Origin: Candidatus Buchananbacteria bacterium | GTDB lineage: Bacteria; Patescibacteriota; Patescibacteriia; 2-01-FULL-39-33; JBAYJR01 | Length of the DNA: 64,000 bases | Reading direction: 5' to 3' | Assembly (NCBI GenBank): GCA_041665005.1 | Contig: JBAYJR010000005.1 | Coordinates: forward strand, 16,312 to 80,311 | The notes under the pieces: model-generated | Told to the model about the DNA's origin: nothing | The model's database searches: none | The model's input: the letters and a program-made list of their open reading frames with translations, nothing else | Part shown: one piece after another, positions 57,272 to 64,000 of the stretch | Layout of the letters: every line of letters begins with the position of its first letter | Position numbering within the stretch: position 1 is the stretch's first letter | Made by a program: the position numbers and the translations under genes

Positions 57272-57871
57272 TTAATAATTATTTTTCATCTCTTCTAATT
57301 TTTTGCGGGCGATCTCTTTAAATTGTGGATCAAAAAATGTTTCTAACCCCTTTTCAAGCATTGACCACATTTTATTTTTATCCGGGAAGGATTTTTCCAT
57401 TTTTCTTAACCGTTCTAAATTATACCGATCCATGCAATCAATATCGTGAAATATCCTCTTATTTTGAGTATTGTATACTCTTGACACATCAGTCCCCTCA
57501 AGCTGATCGGAATCATGCATACTAATAATATCAATAATTTCTTCAATCTTATTTTTATCATATTCAATTGACTCTAGTAGGTCCTTGGCTATTTTTGCTC
57601 CAGCCAGCATATGCACCAACTTTCCGTTAGCTACTCGTTCTCCACCAGTAATATATTTAAAATGTTCCGGCAAAATAGCAGAATGGCCAATATCATGCAT
57701 AATTGCCACTGGTGTTAAAATATCTAAATCAATATCTTTATTACCACAATTGATTACGAATTCTGCCACTTCCACAGCATGGGTGTCATCACCTGGCCGA
57801 CCCTGCTGTAAAATTGGCAAACATTTATCCCATAATTTTTGGTATTTTTCTGGAAGATTTTTTATTTCCAT
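57272..57871 (-). CDS. HD-domain metal-dependent phosphohydrolase
   Basis: H...HD motif (VAIMHDIGHS) plus downstream His/Asp ligands; 199 aa. Confidence 0.65.
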   Translation of the reverse strand: MEIKNLPEKYQKLWDKCLPILQQGRPGDDTHAVEVAEFVINCGNKDIDLDILTPVAIMHDIGHSAILPEHFKYITGGERVANGKLVHMLAGAKIAKDLLESIEYDKNKIEEIIDIISMHDSDQLEGTDVSRVYNTQNKRIFHDIDCMDRYNLERLRKMEKSFPDKNKMWSMLEKGLETFFDPQFKEIARKKLEEMKNNY

Positions 57872-57881
57872 ATTTTTATAA

Positions 57882-60800
57882 TTATTTATTAATAATTCTA
57901 ACTATCCCCTTGCCGCCATCTACTTCTACTAGATCCCCATCATGCAAAACTTTAGTGGCAATTTTAGTCCCAATCACACAAGGAATGCCCAATTCGCGGG
58001 AAATAATTGCCGCATGAGAAGTTATTCCTCCCTCATCCGTAATAACAGCGACCGCTTTTTTCATTAGAGGAACAAACTCCGGCCGAGTCATACCCGTTAC
58101 CAATATTTCACCAGTTTTAAAATTATCAAATTCCATCTTTTTTAGAATAATTTTAATTTTACCTCGGGCTTGCCCAGCCGAGGCTCCCTCGCCTTTAATT
58201 ATATCCTCATCCTTATCTGGATCTGCTGTAGCATTTTGAGCCAAAAGTCTTTGGTCTAAAACCTTAAGCTCCTTTGGTGATTCACCAATTTTTTCTTCAT
58301 ATTCATCATGACCAAAATAAATTACCGATACCTCTTCCGCCCGGGCCATAATTTGAGATCTGTGATCTAAAATATACTGTTTGCCTTTCAAAACCTCGGG
58401 GATAAAAGAAAGCGTAACTAGCGCTTGATCAATTCCCCACCGTCGATAAAGATCCTTAGTAATATCAAAAATTAACGCATCACCCTTATTAATAGCTACC
58501 TTCCGATCATCTCTAAGAAAACCAGACCAATCAATAAATTCCAGGATTTGACGTTCCAATTTATTTAAATTGCGTGCTTGTTTGATCTTTATTTTTTTAT
58601 TCTCCAACATCACCTTTTTGCTAGCCGCTAATTTAGTGGAGGCGGCCTTAATATCAATTGACTTGATAGTGGTTTTTATTTCATCCAGCGATGGAACATG
58701 GGTATAGTTGGTATAAATATATTGCAATTTACTAAGATCGCCCTGATTTTTAACAGTAGCAATAATCTCCTCGTTGTTATGCTGTTCAAATGATAAAAAA
58801 TCTAAAATCTGCGAGGCTGCCCAAATTTTATCGAGATCAACTCTTAATTTTTTTTGTTTCAAAGTCTCACTAATAATTCGCTGATCTAAAGTGTCTAAAA
58901 ATAGAGTTTGGGCCACCAATTCTTTTAGACAGCCGTAGACGTTTTTAAGTTCAAAAAGTAAACCATCTTCAGTGATAAATTTTTTGGCAAAATACGAATC
59001 ATAAGACTTATTAATTGCCTGATTAAGTAGCTGATAGCTCCTCATGGCCTTTTTAATAGTAAATTTACCCTTCAAAAACTGCGAAAAAACTATCTTAGGA
59101 ACACCATTGTATTTAGTAAAACTTACATAAGCTCTAACAAAGGCTCCTTTTTTATGACAAAAATAGGGATAAATATCTTCACTCAACTTATTATTACTAT
59201 CATAATAATTAAACCAATCCAAAACCACCAACAATGGCAAAAAATCTGCCTCAAAGGTCATCAACTGCTCGTGGCCCTTAAGAGCTAAAAACTTTTGTAC
59301 CAACGAATTAGCCTTGTTATTTTCTTCCTTGCCCTGTTTAGTTTCTAAAATTTTTACTATCCCCTTATTAGCGTCTACTTCCACCAAATCACCATCCTGC
59401 AAAACTTGAGTGGCAATTTTAGTGCCGATAACGCAAGGTTTTTTCATTTCTCTAGCGACAATCGCCGCGTGACAAGTAATCCCGCCCTCATCTGTCACAA
59501 AAGCCGCCGCTTTTTTCATCGCCGGTAGATATTCCGGTCTAGTCATCGGGGAAACCAAAACATCTCCGCTCTCAATTTTAACTAAATCTTTGACAGTAAA
59601 AACAATTTTTGCTTTTCCCTTTATACTGCCTCGATAAGCGATAGTACCAGACACCTCTCCGTTTTTGTTGCTTACCACCGTAGCTGTCAACTGAATATCA
59701 TGTTCAACAAAAAAATTCTTAAACTTCTGACCAGCAAAAACTTGATCGCGATAATAAATATAGCCCAAAGCTCGCTCTTTTAATTGTTTAATAATTTTTT
59801 GATCAACTTTCTGTTTAAAAACTTCTTTTGGCAACAAAAATTTTACCTGATCACCTAGTTTTGAAAAAAGTCTTTTTAGATTAACAATAAACAACTGGTC
59901 TCTTTTGGAAGAATATTTCTCAGTGGCTTCACGCGCCGCTAAGGCTGCCTTACGCAACGATGCGGGTATACTTGTTAATCCCGGTATTACCCATACATAA
60001 GCAATGCCCTCATAAAACCGCAAAAACAATTCATACAAATCTTTTAATTCCTTAATATTTTTTACATACCTCTCTTCATTTAAATAGGGCAGAATATTTT
60101 TTAAGGCGAAATTAAAATCCCTGATAATTTTTTCTACAAATTTTTTATCTTGCGCTTTTTTAGCAATTGCGGCAAACATCCCTTTAATCTCGGCTGGTTC
60201 ATGATAAGTTTCTACCAATTCTTGGGATAAAAATAATTCATTCTCCATCTGGCAACCAAATTTTTGATTAGTTAGTTTTAAAATTTCGCTATAAGCCGCA
60301 ATATGAAACAATGAATATTCACGGCTATGTTCTTTTACTAGAAGCAACTTTTTGTTTTCCTTCTTGCCCTGTTTAATTTCTAATATTTTAACTATTCCCT
60401 GATTAGCATCTACTTCTACCAAATCATTATCTTTTAAAATACTAGTGACAAATTTAGTGCCTACAATACAAGGAATATTAAATTCTCTAGCTACAATAGC
60501 AGCGTGGCTCATCAAACCACCCTCGTCAGTAATAATGGCAGCCGCCTTTCTAATAGCCGGTAATAATTCTGGGCCGGTCGTATCAGAAACTAAAATGTCT
60601 CCTCGCTCCATTTTGCCCAAATATTTTTTAGGATCAAGAGAAAGAGGAATAATTTTAACTCGTCCCTGAGCCTTACCTCGACAAGCCACTACGCCCTTAA
60701 CCTCTGTTTCTGTATAATTACTCTGGAGTAAATTTATTTTTTCTTTAGCCTCTTTTCCGGAAACTATTTTAATACCATTTTCGTAGGTAATATACGAGTA

Positions 60801-62444
60801 TTCATTTCTCGCTGAAACATCGGGAATATCTTTTTCCTTAGACAAACATTTTTTAACTTCTAGCAAGGTCATGGACAATATATCATTTCGGCCAGTCCTT
60901 CTTATTAATTGCAAAAAAACGTTATTAATCAAAGACTCTTCACCCATCAAAGTTTCATTAATAACCTTTCTTAACTCAAATTTCAAATGCTGCATATTAA
61001 TCATATAGTCAGCCAGCCTCCTAATATGCGGAGGGTATTTTTTTAGGCTACCTTTCTTAGCTAAAACTTTTTGCAAGTCCTCTCCTAAAAAAGTTTTTAA
61101 TTCCTGCTCGATTTTTATAAAATAGGTATATTCAGTTATCCTGTAATCTTTTACAAATCTCTCGCCGACTGCAAATAATTTATCCAAAAATAAAATAAAT
61201 TTAGCATCAGATAAAATTCCTAAATTTATTTTGGCAAGCTGTCTAAATTCCCTACCCTCACCTAAAGATCGTTTTTTAAAATTTTCAAAAAAACCTTTCT
61301 GGCTCGCATAAATATAACCAAGTTCTGCTAATTCTTGTTGCCGATTTTCTGAAAGATAAAATATCCATTTACTATCAACTATCGTGACCAAGGGGCCTAA
61401 TTCTCGATAAGCCAAAAAAAAGAAATCTGTCATTAAAACATTGTACTCGGCAAATTTAAAAATTGGCTGATACTGGTTTGCTTCTACCACGGGCTTTTTG
61501 GTCTGTAGTGTAGTAATCGGCCGGCTTTGGACAATATAAAACTTTCCTTTTTCAAAAGCCCATTCAATATCACAAGGGAAGCCATAATGCTTTTCAATTT
61601 GGATAATAATATCGGAAAGCTTAAGAATTTGTTGATTAGTTAGGGTTTGTTTTTTACCTTCGCCTGACGAAATATCACGCCACTCATTGCCGCCCCCATT
61701 AATCCTAAATAAGCCTCTTTCTTGGTGGCTAACATTAATATCAATAATTTTACGGGGCTGCTTTTCTAAGACATAACTATCTGGCGTGATTTGACCGGAC
61801 ACTATCGCCTCACCTAGGCCTAAGCCAGCCTCAATGATCATTTGGTTATAATCTTGAGTAACTGGATGCACCGAAAAAGCAATACCCGATATTTCTGACT
61901 CTACCATTTTTTGTATTACTACAGCTACGGAAATTTTTTGGCCATGCAAGCCCTTTTCAAAACGATAAAAAATCGCCCGCGGGGTAAATAGAGAGGCCCA
62001 ACAACGCTTAACGTTTTCTAAAAGTTTTTTTTCAGTGGTATTAAGAAAACTATCCAGCTGACCTGCCCAAGCGGCGCTAGCCGAATCTTCGGCGGTTGCA
62101 CTGGATCGAACTGCTACATACTTACTGTTCAGCTTTTTAAATTCTTGCATAACCAGCCGCTCAATCGATGGAGGCATCTTAGCCAACAAAATCAAAGCTT
62201 GAATTTTTTCCGAAGCCGCCTCCACTTCGCCAACTTCTTGGTGGTTAACCTTATCCAAAATAGACTCCAATTCTACCTGGAGATGTGTTTGTTTGATAAA
62301 TTCTTCAAAAGCCTGAGCTAAAATTACAAAACCAGGAGGCACCGGAATACCGGCTTGAGTCATTTCACCCAAGGAAGCGCCTTTACCACCGGCAATCGCC
62401 GCGTTATTACGATTTAGTCTTTCAAATTTTTTAATAAAATCCAT
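57882..62444 (-). CDS. giant PEP-synthase/PPDK-family phosphotransferase: N-terminal ATP-binding (PPDK_N) domain followed by three X-domain + phosphohistidine 'swivel' domain modules
   Basis: aa 1-315 match the PPDK_N ATP-grasp region (AIAGGKGASLGEM...VQSRPIT). Three PEP-utilizer His domains: ITDEGGLMSHAAIVAREF (H647, codon 60504-60506), VTDEGGITCHAAIVAREM (H992, 59469-59471) and ITDEGGITSHAAIISREL (H1477, 58014-58016). Each is followed by CV(I)GTK...DGDLVEVD...GIV. Confidence 0.75.
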   Translation of the reverse strand: MDFIKKFERLNRNNAAIAGGKGASLGEMTQAGIPVPPGFVILAQAFEEFIKQTHLQVELESILDKVNHQEVGEVEAASEKIQALILLAKMPPSIERLVMQEFKKLNSKYVAVRSSATAEDSASAAWAGQLDSFLNTTEKKLLENVKRCWASLFTPRAIFYRFEKGLHGQKISVAVVIQKMVESEISGIAFSVHPVTQDYNQMIIEAGLGLGEAIVSGQITPDSYVLEKQPRKIIDINVSHQERGLFRINGGGNEWRDISSGEGKKQTLTNQQILKLSDIIIQIEKHYGFPCDIEWAFEKGKFYIVQSRPITTLQTKKPVVEANQYQPIFKFAEYNVLMTDFFFLAYRELGPLVTIVDSKWIFYLSENRQQELAELGYIYASQKGFFENFKKRSLGEGREFRQLAKINLGILSDAKFILFLDKLFAVGERFVKDYRITEYTYFIKIEQELKTFLGEDLQKVLAKKGSLKKYPPHIRRLADYMINMQHLKFELRKVINETLMGEESLINNVFLQLIRRTGRNDILSMTLLEVKKCLSKEKDIPDVSARNEYSYITYENGIKIVSGKEAKEKINLLQSNYTETEVKGVVACRGKAQGRVKIIPLSLDPKKYLGKMERGDILVSDTTGPELLPAIRKAAAIITDEGGLMSHAAIVAREFNIPCIVGTKFVTSILKDNDLVEVDANQGIVKILEIKQGKKENKKLLLVKEHSREYSLFHIAAYSEILKLTNQKFGCQMENELFLSQELVETYHEPAEIKGMFAAIAKKAQDKKFVEKIIRDFNFALKNILPYLNEERYVKNIKELKDLYELFLRFYEGIAYVWVIPGLTSIPASLRKAALAAREATEKYSSKRDQLFIVNLKRLFSKLGDQVKFLLPKEVFKQKVDQKIIKQLKERALGYIYYRDQVFAGQKFKNFFVEHDIQLTATVVSNKNGEVSGTIAYRGSIKGKAKIVFTVKDLVKIESGDVLVSPMTRPEYLPAMKKAAAFVTDEGGITCHAAIVAREMKKPCVIGTKIATQVLQDGDLVEVDANKGIVKILETKQGKEENNKANSLVQKFLALKGHEQLMTFEADFLPLLVVLDWFNYYDSNNKLSEDIYPYFCHKKGAFVRAYVSFTKYNGVPKIVFSQFLKGKFTIKKAMRSYQLLNQAINKSYDSYFAKKFITEDGLLFELKNVYGCLKELVAQTLFLDTLDQRIISETLKQKKLRVDLDKIWAASQILDFLSFEQHNNEEIIATVKNQGDLSKLQYIYTNYTHVPSLDEIKTTIKSIDIKAASTKLAASKKVMLENKKIKIKQARNLNKLERQILEFIDWSGFLRDDRKVAINKGDALIFDITKDLYRRWGIDQALVTLSFIPEVLKGKQYILDHRSQIMARAEEVSVIYFGHDEYEEKIGESPKELKVLDQRLLAQNATADPDKDEDIIKGEGASAGQARGKIKIILKKMEFDNFKTGEILVTGMTRPEFVPLMKKAVAVITDEGGITSHAAIISRELGIPCVIGTKIATKVLHDGDLVEVDGGKGIVRIINK

Positions 62445-62460
62445 AGTATATTTTTTTATA

Positions 62461-62880
62461 TTATATTGCGACTAACACCGCGCCGATAGTTAAAATTATA
62501 ATGCCAAAAACTTTTAGCCAGGTTAATTTTTCGGCTAGAAATAAAGCGGCAAAAATTAAAACAAACACCACACTTAAACGATCAAGGGCTGCTACACCCG
62601 AAGCTGGGCCTTTTTGTAGAGCATAAAAATAAAACAACCAAGACAGCGCTCCGGCAACACCAGACAAAATAATAAATAGCCAGGCCTTACTATGGATACT
62701 ATTAAATAATTCCCATTTACCAACCACTAAAGAAGTTAAAGTTAAAAATAGTGCCATAATAATTACTCGGACCGTGGTGGCTAAAGTGGAATCAACACTG
62801 CTAACACCAATTTTACCAAAAATAGCCACTAAAGCGGCAAAAATTGCGGAAAACAAAGCGTAAATAATCCATTGGGGCAT
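62461..62880 (-). CDS. small 4-TM EamA-like (single-domain DMT/SMR-like) transporter
   Basis: 139 aa, four TM helices, EamA-like. Confidence 0.5.
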   Translation of the reverse strand: MPQWIIYALFSAIFAALVAIFGKIGVSSVDSTLATTVRVIIMALFLTLTSLVVGKWELFNSIHSKAWLFIILSGVAGALSWLFYFYALQKGPASGVAALDRLSVVFVLIFAALFLAEKLTWLKVFGIIILTIGAVLVAI

Positions 62881-62949
62881 ACGAATAGTTTAAAATTGAA
62901 AATGCAAAGTTAAAAATTAACACAAAAGGCAAAATAAAACCATAAACTA

Positions 62950-63507
62950 TTACTGATACTTATTAGCTAACTCCACCGTGGCAAAAATTAAAGTTTTTAA
63001 GCTCTCTAAATTTTTAGCTTCTACAAAACTACCATCTGAATTAAAGGCTTTTTGACCAAAGGCCAGATGTACTTGTGGTTGGGAAACAAATTTAGCATTT
63101 AAACAAGCCAGGATTTGTCGTAAATGAGGTTGCATCCGCACGGTGCCAAATGAACCAGCGCTGGCGCCGAAAAAAGCAACTACTTTATTATTCCAAGCGT
63201 TGGTTTGGCGCGAAGTCCAATCAATTAAATTTTTTAAACCACCAGGAAGAGAATGATTATATTCCGGTGAAGCGATTAAAACCAAATCACTAGCCACAAT
63301 TTGGTCATAAATTTTTTGCACCGCCTCTGGCACTCCAACCGCTTCAATATCTTCGTCAAAAATTGGTAGCTGCAAATCTTTAGGTTTAATTTCTGTTACT
63401 TCAGCTCCAGTTTCTGCTACAATTTTTTCCGCAATTTTTAAGGCTAAATAGTTAGTTGATTTTTCGCGCAAACTACCACAAATTGCTAAAACTTTTAAAT
63501 TAGCCAT
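62950..63507 (-). CDS. NAD(P)H-dependent FMN reductase (flavodoxin-like)
   Basis: MANLKVLAICGSLREKSTN N-terminal motif of the NADPH-dependent FMN reductase family; 185 aa. Confidence 0.7.
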   Translation of the reverse strand: MANLKVLAICGSLREKSTNYLALKIAEKIVAETGAEVTEIKPKDLQLPIFDEDIEAVGVPEAVQKIYDQIVASDLVLIASPEYNHSLPGGLKNLIDWTSRQTNAWNNKVVAFFGASAGSFGTVRMQPHLRQILACLNAKFVSQPQVHLAFGQKAFNSDGSFVEAKNLESLKTLIFATVELANKYQ

Positions 63508-63508
63508 A

Positions 63509-64000
63509 TCACTTTACAATTAATTTACCTTTCATGCTAGTCTGTCCAGCACCACAGTAGACAGCGCAAAAAAACGGAAACTCCCCAACTTTATTGGCGG
63601 TAAACTCAACCACCACTGGCACGTTTGGTTCTAAGGCTTTATTAATATTATAATCCGGCAAGTAAAAACTGTGCTTAACATCAACACTGGTTACGGTAAT
63701 TTTTACTTGATCACCACGATTAACCGCAATCACCGCTGGTTCAAAAGCAAATCGGCGGGCATTAACCGTAAAAACTCTTAGCTGTGGTGTAGTGCTGGCC
63801 AAGGAGTCGTTGGGTTGATTGGCCAATTTTACTTCGGTGGCCGTAAACAACACTGCTACTACTTTATCATTTTCCCTAACCGGCAAATCATCAGCGGCTA
63901 AAAAATAACCGTCCTTGTTATCTTGACGTAAAATGGCTAAATATTGAGCATTGGGTGTTAGTTCGGCGGTGACAATTTCTACATTTTGACTTTTACCAGT
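63509..64000 (-). CDS. cupredoxin-domain (CuA/COX2-like) protein; N-terminus runs off the window end
   Basis: C-terminal FFCAVYCGAGQTSMKG follows the C-x3-C-G-x2-H-x2-M CuA pattern but has Gln in place of the second His. The ORF is open upstream to 64000; the track start at 63886 is a TTG. Confidence 0.45.
   Translation of the reverse strand, partial: TGKSQNVEIVTAELTPNAQYLAILRQDNKDGYFLAADDLPVRENDKVVAVLFTATEVKLANQPNDSLASTTPQLRVFTVNARRFAFEPAVIAVNRGDQVKITVTSVDVKHSFYLPDYNINKALEPNVPVVVEFTANKVGEFPFFCAVYCGAGQTSMKGKLIVK

Overview
This is a low-GC (~38%), gene-dense bacterial window in which ~85% of genes lie on the minus strand. Gene content and style (many tiny intergenic gaps, few Shine-Dalgarno sites on the minus strand) look like a Candidate Phyla Radiation / Patescibacteria genome; that assignment is inference. 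Recognisable core genes are holB, mreB, two tandem 2,3-BPG-independent phosphoglycerate mutase paralogs, pgk, eno, ppdK, rlmN and an SDR reductase. There is a group-3b-type cytoplasmic [NiFe]-hydrogenase locus (beta, gamma, delta and alpha subunits, plus hypC and a truncated hypA-like gene) interleaved with lipid genes (psd-like, PAP2) and transporters. An envelope-glycan cluster carries GT4, 2x GT2 and a processive QxxRW GT2. Other annotated products are pyruvoyl-dependent arginine decarboxylase (pdaD), a PrsW protease, MFS, ZIP and 4x EamA transporters, and two very large secreted proteins: a Cys-rich/TSP3-repeat adhesin and a beta-helix + lipase protein. Four things stand out as unusual. 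(1) A tandem array of five paralogous genes (39.2-44.5 kb) shares a ~55-aa N-terminal coiled-coil module and has divergent C-termini, one of them a 7-bladed WD40-like propeller. (2) A 1520-aa protein has one PPDK/PEP-synthase ATP-binding domain followed by three complete phosphohistidine 'swivel' domains; it sits in an operon with an HD hydrolase, a histidine-phosphatase-like protein and a GerMN membrane protein. (3) Two plus-strand 'cassette arrays' (48.2-50.1 kb, 3 small membrane proteins; 52.9-55.4 kb, 4 small soluble proteins of which 3 are distant paralogs) give every gene its own TTGACA-17-TAnnnT promoter, a strong SD, and a terminator hairpin that is sequence-identical within each array. 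(4) A degenerate PFK-like protein sits next to the glycolytic genes. No rRNA, tRNA, CRISPR or transposase genes were found.
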